From contig DASWXL010000034.1 of the NCBI GenBank assembly GCA_036405495.1, positions 1 to 50,861 of the forward strand: a stretch of 50,861 nucleotides of DNA, in the 5' to 3' direction. The translations under genes were made by a program, and so were the position numbers. Below, one piece after another: positions 9,523 to 19,110 of this stretch; position 1 is the stretch's first letter; each line of letters opens with the position of its first letter. The stretch is from Sphingobacteriaceae bacterium (GTDB taxonomy: Bacteria; Bacteroidota; Bacteroidia; Sphingobacteriales; Sphingobacteriaceae). The notes beneath the pieces are model-generated. The model did no database searches and was not told the origin of the DNA. It saw only the letters and a list, made by a program, of their open reading frames with translations.

Positions 9523-10506
9523 ATGAATATAACAAAACGGATAGTTGAACGAGTGATGCCAATTTTAAAGAGACTTGATTATGTTCTGGTTAACCGGCAG
9601 ACCTACTCGACCGACAGAAAGTATTACTACGACGTACTTGCTGAATTCTCAAAAGGGCGACATGAAGAAAAAATCGAGTCCATCGTGTTTTCTAAGAACC
9701 GGGCGATGCAGTTACATGCATTTCTCTCGTCGTATAAAAACATGGTAGATGATCCGGGAAGGATATACGTGATCTACAAGGCGTCTCCCGGTCGGCATGA
9801 ACAAAGTTACAATCAGCTAAAAGAGATTTTCACTACTGATCCCGTCATTTTTATTGAAGAGAATAATTTCAGACTGCAGTTAATCGAAGTGTGTGAGCGA
9901 TCCCGGGCAAAAACCGTGGGGCTTTTCGTTGACGACATGATATTTACTCAAAAAGTGAGTTACTCAACTCTGGTAAGTATAAACACGCTTGAATATACAC
10001 CAACATTAAGCAGGGGAAGTGATCTTGATTTTAGCCAGGTCTTAAATAAGCCTCTCATTGTTCCCAATCTTACACCCTACAAAAATGGCTTGCACAGTTT
10101 TAGCTGGAATAGTTCGAAGGTTTTCAGTGACTGGACCTACCCGTTGGGAGTTTCCGGATACTTCTATGGAAGAGAAGAGTTAATTGTAATGCTTCATCAA
10201 CTCGTATTTAATACGCCGAATTCACTGGAGAGCAGTATGCAGAGGTTTCTTCCTCTGTATATCAACCGAAAAGGACTTTGCTATTCGAAAGTCGCATGTG
10301 TTTGCGTTCACGCTAACATGGTTCAAACTGAAGCCAATAATCCCGTATTGGGCACATTTTCAGTAGAAGAATTACTTGCAAAATGGGAGGCTGGACTAAA
10401 AATAGATATTTCTCCTTTTGTTGGAAAAAGTGCCGAGGCACAATTTCTACGATATGAATTTTACAAGGAAGCAGTATCTGAACTAAAAACTCAGGATGAC
10501 AGATAG
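9523..10506 (+). CDS. Hypothetical protein, possibly a GT-A-like glycosyltransferase
   Basis: A long ORF in the operon frame. An N-terminal Rossmann-like strand (IESIVFSKNRAMQL) and a DxD-like FVDDMIF are present, but no family is recognised with certainty. Confidence 0.5.
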   Translation: MNITKRIVERVMPILKRLDYVLVNRQTYSTDRKYYYDVLAEFSKGRHEEKIESIVFSKNRAMQLHAFLSSYKNMVDDPGRIYVIYKASPGRHEQSYNQLKEIFTTDPVIFIEENNFRLQLIEVCERSRAKTVGLFVDDMIFTQKVSYSTLVSINTLEYTPTLSRGSDLDFSQVLNKPLIVPNLTPYKNGLHSFSWNSSKVFSDWTYPLGVSGYFYGREELIVMLHQLVFNTPNSLESSMQRFLPLYINRKGLCYSKVACVCVHANMVQTEANNPVLGTFSVEELLAKWEAGLKIDISPFVGKSAEAQFLRYEFYKEAVSELKTQDDR

Positions 10507-11995
10507 TAAAAAAAAGTCATATCGAAATATCATCAAAGGTACTGCCATTTTCGGAGGAGTTCAGATCTTTCAAATTCTTCTTACGATCCTAAAAGGGAAA
10601 CTGGTTGCCGTGCTCTTAGGACCGGCTGGCTCGGGAATCGCAGCGTTGTTCATTTCGACAACAAACATCATTACACAGTTTTCGGGATTAGGTCTTAGTT
10701 TTAGCGCAGTTCGGGATATTGCCCAAGCTAATGAAGTCGGCGATCAGCAACGGATGAGCCGTACCATCAAAGTTTTCAGACGATGGGTATGGTTTACCGG
10801 CCTTCTGGGCGGTGTTATTTGCCTGATATTCGCTAAAGAGTTCAGTAAATTCGCCTTTGATACTACTAAGTATTCCTGGGGTTTTGTATGGTTGTCCGTT
10901 TCATTGCTCCTAAATGCCCTGTCGACCGGCGACATCACTCTTTTACAGGGCACGCGACAGCTGCAAAATATGGCTAAAGCGACAGTCTATGGATCCGGCA
11001 TTGGTTTGATCCTGGCTTTTCCCTGCTATTATTACTGGCATTTGTCTGGAATTGTGCCTGCAATTATTGCTGCCTCGGTCGCGTCATTTATCGTCAACCG
11101 CTACTTTGCCCGAAAAATTAAACTTCCTCACCATAAGCTGACGCTCAAGGAAACATTCACAACTGGTCAACAAATGGCCCGACTGGGGATTGTCTTGATG
11201 ATTTCCCAGGTGATCGGAACGGTAGTTACGTACGTAGTCAATACGTTTATAAGCCAAAGGGGCGGAATAGTAGACGTAGGACTATTTCAATCCGGAACAA
11301 TGATAACTAACCATTCACTGGGGCTTGTGTTTACAGCGATGGCGGTTGATTATTTTCCCAGATTATCTGCAGTCGCTGACGATACATTAAAACTACGGGA
11401 CCTTGTTAACCAGCAGTGTATCATGGTAACATTAATAATTACACCCCTGTTGATTAGTTTAATACTTTTTGCCCCCCTCCTCATTAGGGTTTTATTATCC
11501 GTAGAATACGTTGCAGCGCTCCCGCTTGTTCAATGGGTCAGTCTTGGAATGCTTTTAAAAGCGGCTTCCTATGCACTTGGGTATGTGTCCTTTGCTAAAG
11601 GAGACAAACGGACCTTTTTCTGGCTTGAAGGGATCTTCGGAAACGCATTAACGCTAACTTTCAATACTCTTGGATATTCATTATTAGGCATAGAGGGGCT
11701 GGGCATGTCATTCTTTGCATCCTATGCAATTTACATGGTCGTATTGATTGTTGTCGTTTATAAGAAATATAATTTTCGTTTCTATCGTGATTTTTTTTTC
11801 ATTTTTATTCTACAGATCGTGATATGTTTGGCAGTCTTCAGTTTAGTCAGATGGGCTGATAATATGTTCACTTTATATACATTCGGAATAACTCTCCTCG
11901 CAGCAGCTACATACTATTCCTGGCGGGAACTAGATAAGTTAATTGACATTAAAGACCTGCTGAACAAGAAACTGAAAAGTTCACTTGTCACCTAA
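10496..11995 (+). CDS. wzx: Oligosaccharide flippase (Wzx, MOP/PST family)
   Basis: 499 aa with about 12-14 hydrophobic segments and an N-terminal KGTAIFGGVQIFQILLTILKGKLVA typical of polysaccharide-transport family proteins. Overlaps the upstream gene by 11 nt. Confidence 0.8.
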   Translation: MTDSKKKSYRNIIKGTAIFGGVQIFQILLTILKGKLVAVLLGPAGSGIAALFISTTNIITQFSGLGLSFSAVRDIAQANEVGDQQRMSRTIKVFRRWVWFTGLLGGVICLIFAKEFSKFAFDTTKYSWGFVWLSVSLLLNALSTGDITLLQGTRQLQNMAKATVYGSGIGLILAFPCYYYWHLSGIVPAIIAASVASFIVNRYFARKIKLPHHKLTLKETFTTGQQMARLGIVLMISQVIGTVVTYVVNTFISQRGGIVDVGLFQSGTMITNHSLGLVFTAMAVDYFPRLSAVADDTLKLRDLVNQQCIMVTLIITPLLISLILFAPLLIRVLLSVEYVAALPLVQWVSLGMLLKAASYALGYVSFAKGDKRTFFWLEGIFGNALTLTFNTLGYSLLGIEGLGMSFFASYAIYMVVLIVVVYKKYNFRFYRDFFFIFILQIVICLAVFSLVRWADNMFTLYTFGITLLAAATYYSWRELDKLIDIKDLLNKKLKSSLVT

Positions 11996-12049
11996 TTCGT
12001 AATTGTCTGCGTTTTACGCGTCAACCTTCATATTGAAAAGCCACCTAAT

Positions 12050-12964
12050 ATGACCCCTCTGATTAGCATTGTGGTAATTACATACAACTCTGCCGAATAC
12101 GTTCTGGAAACGCTCGAAAGCACTAAGGCTCAAACATATCAGAATATTGAGTTGATTATTTCGGACGACGCTTCAGCAGATAAAACAGTTCAGTTGTGTG
12201 AAAAATGGCTGACAACAAATCAAAGCAGATTTACAAGAGTCCAGCTCTTGAAGTCAAAAAAAAACTCGGGAGTTTCGGCAAATTGTAACAGAGGACTGTA
12301 TGCCTCAAAAGGCGAATGGATAAAATTTATTGCCGGCGATGATATTCTACTGGACGAATGCATCGCGATGTATTACAAATTCATTTCGCGTACAAAAAGT
12401 CTTTTTATTTTCTCGATACCGTCAGTATTAATCAGTCCTGAAAACGAGCCTTTAAAGAATCAGATGGAAAACTTTTATCGTAGTTCCAGTCGCTTTTTCT
12501 CTCTTAACGCCCGGAAGCAATTTGAGTATCTTCTTATAAATCAAATACCGGTAAATCCTCCAACTCTTTTCTGCAACAGGCAGGCACTTATACGACTAAA
12601 AGGCTTCGACGAGCGCCATAAGTGTGAAGACCTGCCCTTATATTTAAACGCCACGTACAATGGCTACACGCTGGGTTTCATTAACAAAAAAACCATACGT
12701 TACAGGCTTCATAGCAACCAGCTTAGCGTTAAAGATCAGAAGGGATCTGTAAATCGCTATTGGTTTTATGAGCAATTGCGGATAAAGAGACAATACCTGA
12801 CTATCCGGTTTATTTTTTTCAATCCCTTGCTTTTTGCGGAGTATCTCATCGAGCAATCTTCGAAGATTTTGATCATGCAGGCGGATAACAACAGGTTTCT
12901 CTCATCCCTCGTATCACTCCTGAAGCAGATTAAATCCAGGATCTCGTTCTCTTACATCAGATAG
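12050..12964 (+). CDS. Family 2 glycosyltransferase
   Basis: ISIVVITYNSAEYVLETLESTKAQTYQNIELIISDDASAD is a classic GT2 N-terminus with DDAS (DxD-like), plus FIAGDD. Confidence 0.85.
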   Translation: MTPLISIVVITYNSAEYVLETLESTKAQTYQNIELIISDDASADKTVQLCEKWLTTNQSRFTRVQLLKSKKNSGVSANCNRGLYASKGEWIKFIAGDDILLDECIAMYYKFISRTKSLFIFSIPSVLISPENEPLKNQMENFYRSSSRFFSLNARKQFEYLLINQIPVNPPTLFCNRQALIRLKGFDERHKCEDLPLYLNATYNGYTLGFINKKTIRYRLHSNQLSVKDQKGSVNRYWFYEQLRIKRQYLTIRFIFFNPLLFAEYLIEQSSKILIMQADNNRFLSSLVSLLKQIKSRISFSYIR

Positions 12965-13024
12965 ATATCTCCAGACTTCTTTTTCAAATATTCAAGAGAA
13001 TCCTGGAATTCGTTTTCAACAACT

Positions 13025-14314
13025 ATGACAACTGCAAACTCTGGTTTCATCGAAACTTGGAATTTCATTTTTGTTACGTTATTTGTTCTAACTTCAATAG
13101 AGTTTTTCGATGCACACTTTATAAACAAGAGTGTGGTTAACTATTCAAATTTTGGCTTCACCGCATTAGTAGTTTTACTTTTCCTTCCGCGAGGTTTTAT
13201 TAAAAAGCCGGTAAATTTTATTGCACCGGTTCAGTTAATCACGCTGGCAATAATGATCTCCTTCTTTATGGCGGTGTTTTCCTGGAAGCAAAGCGTCACC
13301 GACACCTTCATCGCAACCATCCCGTTACTACTATGGCCCTTGTTTTTTTACCTTGATAGTGTCCGATTCTCGGTAAAGTTGCTCGAGCGAATAATATTGT
13401 GTTTAGGTGCAACCTATCTGGTGCTCTATTTTTATCAGTTCATAAACTCTGACACGATACTTTTCGGGAAGTCGTTATGGGGCGATGAGTTTATTGAAAA
13501 CCGGGGCATTATCAGAATAAGTTTTCCCGGAGGCGGAATTTTTTATCTGGCCGTATTCATAGCGATCACCCGGATTTCCTCAGCACCGAACTTAAGGTGG
13601 TTATATCTTTGTTTCATGGTCGCCGGTGTTATTGTCCCGGTTATGCAGGTAACACGAGTGGACGTCGTAGGGGTTTTAATGATGTATGCAGTACACTTCC
13701 TCAAAGGTCAAAGTTTTCCGAAAAAGATCCTGATAACGCTTACTTGCCTAATTCTGGCGCTATATTTAAGTACCAGTTACACCAGGATAACGCCTGTCAA
13801 GGGAATGGTTGAAGCCCAGAAGGAAAATGTAAAAGACGGAGAAAAGTATATTAGACTGGTTGCCGGAAGCTATTTCCTTAACAACTTTTCTCCGTCCACC
13901 ACCAACAGGGTTTTCGGAAACGGCGTACCATATGTCGACTTTTCATCGTACGGGCGATTTATATCGATTATTAATGATCAGCAAGGCTTCTACCTCGAAG
14001 ATCTTGGTATCATATCTGTCTATACTTTATATGGAGTTTTAGGAGTTATTGCCTACTTAATAATCTGGATCAAGAGCTTTACATTGAAATTACCGCGGCA
14101 ATTTCAGTATCCCAGATATTATTTATGGTTTCTTCTGATAACAAGCCTCACAACTTCAAATCTGTATTCTCCTAACTATTTGATATCGACTGTTATTGCC
14201 ATCTACATATACCAGACCGTTAGTAGCCGGGCAGAGAAATATAAAGCAGCCATCCAGCAGATCGATCCTGTCTGGTTATCTCCAGGCATCGGTACTAGCT
14301 CGAAACTTAAGTAG
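13025..14314 (+). CDS. O-antigen/EPS polymerase-like membrane protein (Wzy-like)
   Basis: 429 aa with at least 10 predicted TM segments and one larger loop. It is very AT-rich and sits between Wzx/GT genes. There is no soluble domain. Confidence 0.6.
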   Translation: MTTANSGFIETWNFIFVTLFVLTSIEFFDAHFINKSVVNYSNFGFTALVVLLFLPRGFIKKPVNFIAPVQLITLAIMISFFMAVFSWKQSVTDTFIATIPLLLWPLFFYLDSVRFSVKLLERIILCLGATYLVLYFYQFINSDTILFGKSLWGDEFIENRGIIRISFPGGGIFYLAVFIAITRISSAPNLRWLYLCFMVAGVIVPVMQVTRVDVVGVLMMYAVHFLKGQSFPKKILITLTCLILALYLSTSYTRITPVKGMVEAQKENVKDGEKYIRLVAGSYFLNNFSPSTTNRVFGNGVPYVDFSSYGRFISIINDQQGFYLEDLGIISVYTLYGVLGVIAYLIIWIKSFTLKLPRQFQYPRYYLWFLLITSLTTSNLYSPNYLISTVIAIYIYQTVSSRAEKYKAAIQQIDPVWLSPGIGTSSKLK

Positions 14315-14320
14315 TCAGTA

Positions 14321-15457
14321 ATGAAGCGGAGTTTAATAATACTTTCATCAGAACAATTCGGATATTTAACAGACACATTAAAATATTGTCAGTATGCCTT
14401 TTCAGAGTTCTCAATAACTTATGTGGGATGGGATTATGGTAAGCCAAGAATTCAACTGCCCGCGGTAAACGCGATTTATGTATCCAGGGAAGGAAACCTG
14501 GCCATGAGAAATGCAAAACTGCTTTACACTTTTCATAAGGAAATTAAAAGCAAACAACCTGATGTCATTTTTGCAAATTACACCCGAGGCATCTCTATTG
14601 TAAAACTACTTAACAGGAAAAGCAATTTCATTCTCGATATACGTACTTTGTCGGTTAATAAAAAATCGAATGTCAGGCTCTGGTATAATACCCTGTTAAA
14701 ATTCGAGCTCTCCTTTTTCAAAGAAATTTCGGTAATAAGTGAAGGGGTGGCGCGGCTATTAAAGCTGAAAAATTATTACCTGTTGCCGCTTGGTGGAGAA
14801 TGCTTCTGTACCTTCAGCAAATCGTTTGACAAGCTTGCTTTTCTTTACGTGGGTACCTTTGAAAACAGGAACATGATCAAATGCATAGAAGCTTTTCATC
14901 TCTACTTAGCAAAGAATACCAGTCGGGAGCCCCCTCCCACTTTCACTATCATTGGGGGGCCGGATGGAGCTGAGCTTGCCGAAGTAAAACGGTATATTAA
15001 GGAGCATAATCTCGAAAATCAGATCATTACAACCGGGCCATTGCGTCAGGATCAGCTAAGGCCATTTTTTGAACAGGCTAACATTGGTATATCGTATATC
15101 CCGATCAAACCTTATTACGATTTTCAGCCATCTACAAAAACCTTTGAATATCTGATTTCAGGCTTGCCCGTAATCGCCACTACGACACATGAGAATAGCA
15201 AAATTGTAGATCATAGCTGCGGGATCCTGGCTGGCGACAGTGTGGAAGCCTTCGCCGATGGACTGAATAAGATCGAGACCGGCAAAGACCGGTTCAATAG
15301 TGATTTCATCAGAAGAAAATATAAACAGTATTCCTGGAAGTACATCGTCAAAAACTATTTTTTAACGATGATTAATAAAATTGCCGAAGTAAATTCCCAG
15401 GCGGAAATCGACGAACAAAGATCCATAACGGGTCGGCTGTTTTCAAAAGAGAGGTGA
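14321..15457 (+). CDS. GT-B fold glycosyltransferase (GT4-like)
   Basis: C-terminal block FEYLISGLPVIATTTHENSKIV resembles the E-x7-E region of GT4 enzymes. The 378 aa size fits. Confidence 0.7.
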   Translation: MKRSLIILSSEQFGYLTDTLKYCQYAFSEFSITYVGWDYGKPRIQLPAVNAIYVSREGNLAMRNAKLLYTFHKEIKSKQPDVIFANYTRGISIVKLLNRKSNFILDIRTLSVNKKSNVRLWYNTLLKFELSFFKEISVISEGVARLLKLKNYYLLPLGGECFCTFSKSFDKLAFLYVGTFENRNMIKCIEAFHLYLAKNTSREPPPTFTIIGGPDGAELAEVKRYIKEHNLENQIITTGPLRQDQLRPFFEQANIGISYIPIKPYYDFQPSTKTFEYLISGLPVIATTTHENSKIVDHSCGILAGDSVEAFADGLNKIETGKDRFNSDFIRRKYKQYSWKYIVKNYFLTMINKIAEVNSQAEIDEQRSITGRLFSKER

Positions 15458-15479
15458 CAAACTATCAATTTCTCTCAGC

Positions 15480-16487
15480 ATGACAATCAATTATATAATC
15501 CTGGCCCATAAGCACCCCGGACAATTACGGCGGTTGATCGAGAAATTGTCTGACAGTGATTGTTTCTTCTACGTACATATCGATAAGGGCCGTGCGATCG
15601 AACCCTTTCTTTCAGAGACTGCCGAATTTGACAACATTTACTTTGCTTCAGCTGAGCAACGCGAATACGGTACCTGGGGAGATATTGGAATTGTCAGGGC
15701 TACGTTAAACCTCGTCGAGCAAATTCTTTCGGATGGTCGAAATGGCTATTGCATTTTGTTAAGCGGACAAGATTACCCGGTCACGAATGTCAGTATTATC
15801 CGGTCGTATCTGCTGGAAAATTCCGGGTCCGTATTTATGTCATATTTCCCTATTCCATCTGCCGACTGGTGTGCCGGCGGCATTGAACGTATAAGTCAGT
15901 ATAAATTTAATATCTCAAACCGGCGGGGCGATTTTGTTCTATGTCCCTCTGTTTCTCAAAAGGATTTCTACTCGATACAGACGATAAAAAAGGTTTTCAA
16001 GCTACTGATTAGAAGAAAAATCAGGTTTCTCCTGATGTTATTAAAGCGAAGGCCCGGCTTTCCCGCCTATCTTATGCCTTTTGGCGGAGACCAATGGTGG
16101 AGTATGCCAACTGATATCGCAAAAGAGATTATTGGTTTTCTTCATGAGCATCCGGACTATCTGGAATTTCATGAACATACACTGTTGCCCGACGAAATAT
16201 TCTTTCAGTCCATAATACTGCATCTAAACCAGGTCAGTCCCCTGAAAATAAAGCCGACGCTGACCTATATAAACTGGCAAAGGAAAAATGTACCCTTGCC
16301 CGTAACGTTCACCGAGCATGACAGGGAAGAATTAACTAATCTGCCGATTGGAAAATTCTTCGCCCGCAAATTTGATATGGATATAGACAACAACATACTC
16401 GACACCCTTGATGAAGTCATAGCCAGCAACAGTCATCAAAAATCTGATCGACCAGTGAAGAACACCATAATGGAAAAAACAGAATAA
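15480..16487 (+). CDS. GT14 (core-2/I-branching, Branch domain) beta-glycosyltransferase-like protein
   Basis: INYIILAHKHPGQLRRLIEKL...FYVHIDK...ILLSGQDYP...GDQWWSM matches the Branch-domain pattern. Confidence 0.7.
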   Translation: MTINYIILAHKHPGQLRRLIEKLSDSDCFFYVHIDKGRAIEPFLSETAEFDNIYFASAEQREYGTWGDIGIVRATLNLVEQILSDGRNGYCILLSGQDYPVTNVSIIRSYLLENSGSVFMSYFPIPSADWCAGGIERISQYKFNISNRRGDFVLCPSVSQKDFYSIQTIKKVFKLLIRRKIRFLLMLLKRRPGFPAYLMPFGGDQWWSMPTDIAKEIIGFLHEHPDYLEFHEHTLLPDEIFFQSIILHLNQVSPLKIKPTLTYINWQRKNVPLPVTFTEHDREELTNLPIGKFFARKFDMDIDNNILDTLDEVIASNSHQKSDRPVKNTIMEKTE

Positions 16488-16506
16488 AACGAACTTTCGG
16501 GTACAA

Positions 16507-17379
16507 ATGTCAAATCTTGTAAGAAGAATTCTATTCGGAGTATTAAGGTTCTCGCAGCTTCCCTTTATTTTCAGGGAAATGATTCAGCGTAATAAGGTGA
16601 CGATACTGGTATTTCATGATATCAGTAAAGCTACAGCCGAAAGAACTTTTTCGTACTTGTCGTCCCGATACAATATAATCCGGCTGGATCAATTTCTAGA
16701 AGCCTGTGAGCGAAAAGACCAAAATCTAATTCCCGAGAAAGCCTTGATTGTAACGTTTGATGACGGGCATATCCGAAACTATAGTTTGCTGCCGCTCCTG
16801 GAAAGGTTCGCGATGCCCTGCACTATTTTTCTATGCGCGGGCATAATTAATACAAAGAGACATTTTTGGTTTAAGCACAGGCATGAAACCGTTTCAGTCG
16901 AGGAATTGAAAAAGAAGTCAACCGAACATAAGCTTAAACTTCTTGCCGAATCCGGTTTTCATCCGGAACGGGATTATGAATTTCCCCAAGCGCTTACAAA
17001 ACTGCAAATACGCAAAATGGCAGGCATGGTCAATATGGAAGCACACACGATGTTTCATCCCTGCTTGCCTAATTGTACCGACCTCCAGGCCCGAACAGAA
17101 ATATTCGGGTCGAAAGAGACCCTCGAGCACCAATTTGGCCTAAGAATCAAGGCCCTGGCTTATCCTAACGGTGATTATACTGAAAGGGAAATTGCACTTA
17201 CAAAAGAAGCAGGATACCGATGCGGCGTAACCGTTGACGCTGGTTTTAACACTATAGCCAGTGATCTCTACAAGCTAAGGCGGATCGATACCAATGACAC
17301 TGATGACATTAATGAACTAATAGTAAAGACAAGTGGCTTATGGACATTTTTTAAATCCGGATTTAGAATAAAGACGTAA
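16507..17379 (+). CDS. Polysaccharide deacetylase (NodB homology, CE4-like)
   Basis: TFDDGH motif (VTFDDGHIRN), downstream His-containing blocks (MEAHTMFH) and LAYPNGDY. Confidence 0.8.
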   Translation: MSNLVRRILFGVLRFSQLPFIFREMIQRNKVTILVFHDISKATAERTFSYLSSRYNIIRLDQFLEACERKDQNLIPEKALIVTFDDGHIRNYSLLPLLERFAMPCTIFLCAGIINTKRHFWFKHRHETVSVEELKKKSTEHKLKLLAESGFHPERDYEFPQALTKLQIRKMAGMVNMEAHTMFHPCLPNCTDLQARTEIFGSKETLEHQFGLRIKALAYPNGDYTEREIALTKEAGYRCGVTVDAGFNTIASDLYKLRRIDTNDTDDINELIVKTSGLWTFFKSGFRIKT

Positions 17380-17383
17380 ACAT

Positions 17384-18187
17384 ATGAGCCTAAAAATTGG
17401 CATACTTGCAGACAAAACTTTGTCTGATTTCAGACTGAAAACTATTCAACCGATTTTGCAGAATGTAGAATTCTTAGTCGCGCTCGCAGTCGTTCACAAT
17501 CGAACCGAGAGAACGTTAAAGCAGAAGTTCGCGGATAACATTAAGCGAAAGCGTGGCGCGTATATTCTCGTTTTAGCTATCAGTGCATTATTTAAAGGAA
17601 AACCGGCTGGTGTAAAAGCCATTGACTTTTTCAGGAAGAACAGAGTTAAAACACTTGAAACGAACAGCCTTTATTCATCCGAAGTAATTGAGAGACTAAA
17701 GTATGAGGCGCTTGATGTACTCTTGCTGGTCTGTGATGCCGGCATAATTAAAGAGCCGCTTTTATCCGTTACTCGGGTAGGGATTCTATCCTACCATCAT
17801 GGGGACATGCGCAAATTTCGCGGTTTACCACCTGCTTTTTGGGAGTTGTACAACCATGAAAAAAAAATGGGTATTACCGTTCAGATCTTGTCTCCGGAGC
17901 TCGACAGCGGTATTCCGGTAGAAGAAAAAAGTATTGAAATATTCTGCTGGGATTGTCCGAACACACTTGTCAGCAGAGCTTTTAAAGAAAGTGAGGATAT
18001 GATGCATAATGCCTTGATTAAACTTCAAAGTCCGGAATTTGTACCGCAACCACTGGAAAGTTTTGGACCGGTTTATACATTTCCACGGCTTTCAGCATGG
18101 CTATATATGTATTGCAAGATCCTGGCGAGGAGGATTCAGTATCACTTCGGATATAGGTCGGCTAATTTGTTGACCAGACGAATCTAA
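17384..18187 (+). CDS. Formyltransferase-family protein (Fmt/ArnA-N-like catalytic domain)
   Basis: SYHHGDMRKFRGLPPAFWELYNHEKKMGITVQILSPELDSGIPV aligns to the formyl_transf core H-x-S/G-x-LP-x-x-RG...W...N....G.T.......D.G. Confidence 0.7.
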   Translation: MSLKIGILADKTLSDFRLKTIQPILQNVEFLVALAVVHNRTERTLKQKFADNIKRKRGAYILVLAISALFKGKPAGVKAIDFFRKNRVKTLETNSLYSSEVIERLKYEALDVLLLVCDAGIIKEPLLSVTRVGILSYHHGDMRKFRGLPPAFWELYNHEKKMGITVQILSPELDSGIPVEEKSIEIFCWDCPNTLVSRAFKESEDMMHNALIKLQSPEFVPQPLESFGPVYTFPRLSAWLYMYCKILARRIQYHFGYRSANLLTRRI

Positions 18188-19056
18188 TCGGCAGAAGGTG
18201 CAACATCCGAATATGAAGCATTTTCTGCACCTATTTTAACATTATCGTAATACAATGTACGATTCGTAGTTGTAGATTGGTAATCTTCTGCCCACGCGTA
18301 CTTATAAACGCCGATTTTAAAAAAATTCCCTTTCAGGTCTCTGAAATTTGTACGGTCAAATCGCTGAACAACCAATTTGCCGTTTTTCCATATTTCCAGT
18401 ATACCGTCGCTCTCATGAGAAAACTTTACATGAATGACCCAGTCCGTCCACGCATTCCTGTCATATGCACCCAGATCAAAGTCTCCTCCAAACTTCGCTG
18501 AAAATACCCATCGGCCATATTTGGTATACATTGCCATCGGGGAATTCACCATAGACCGGCCATCCAGATCTACGGAGCTGATGGCATGCCACTGAAACAA
18601 TTGTTCCTCCGCAGGGTCCGGTACATAAGATGCAGGCAGGAATATGCTCATACCATACCAGCGTTCAAACCTTGGTGTTTCCACCCATTCAAGCAGCGCC
18701 TCTGAGCGCTTGCTGCCCCCTACGATCTTGTCAGTTTTATTCAGTATGAATCTGGCGGAATATGAACCGGTTCTGGCTTGTTCCTTAGACCGGGTGATCG
18801 ATTGAGATGTTGCACCTTCCAGATAGAGATCGCTTAGCGAATTACTCTCCTCGAATGAACTTTTAAAGACCAAATGTTTCGCAGGGATTGAAGGTACAGT
18901 AGGTGGCAGTGGCGATGGATTTTCAACACTGTCAGCGGGGCCGGCAAAAACAGACTCTAAAGGTTCAGGGGTACATCCAATAGTGAAAGCCAGTTGAAGA
19001 AAAAACAAAACGTGCACTCCTTTTAACCCTGGCCGGATCAGTTTGTTTCGTTTCAT
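18184..19056 (-). CDS. Secreted lipoprotein with a concanavalin-like polysaccharide-lyase-type domain (PF14099-like)
   Basis: The lipobox FTIGC follows MKRNKLIRPG...; I prefer the ATG at 19056 over the GTG at 19083. Blocks SKRSEALLEW, RWYGMSIFLP, EEQLFQWHA, WTDWVIHVKFSHESDGILEIWKNGKLVV and FFKIGVYKYAW are present. It is a paralog of the N-terminal domain of the next gene. Confidence 0.6.
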   Translation of the reverse strand: MKRNKLIRPGLKGVHVLFFLQLAFTIGCTPEPLESVFAGPADSVENPSPLPPTVPSIPAKHLVFKSSFEESNSLSDLYLEGATSQSITRSKEQARTGSYSARFILNKTDKIVGGSKRSEALLEWVETPRFERWYGMSIFLPASYVPDPAEEQLFQWHAISSVDLDGRSMVNSPMAMYTKYGRWVFSAKFGGDFDLGAYDRNAWTDWVIHVKFSHESDGILEIWKNGKLVVQRFDRTNFRDLKGNFFKIGVYKYAWAEDYQSTTTNRTLYYDNVKIGAENASYSDVAPSAD

Positions 19057-19066
19057 ATAACGAGCT

Positions 19067-19105
19067 AAAATCGAAAGGACCACACTACTGTCTGGTCCTT
19101 TCGAT
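19067..19105 (-). terminator. Perfect 13-bp hairpin between the two lyase paralogs (terminator or attenuator candidate)
   Basis: ATCGAAAGGACCA (19070-19082) pairs with TGGTCCTTTCGAT (19093-19105) across a 10-nt loop. On the minus strand it is followed by TTTT, and it sits 6 nt after the stop of the 19111..20946 gene. Confidence 0.5.
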
Positions 19106-19110
19106 AAATT

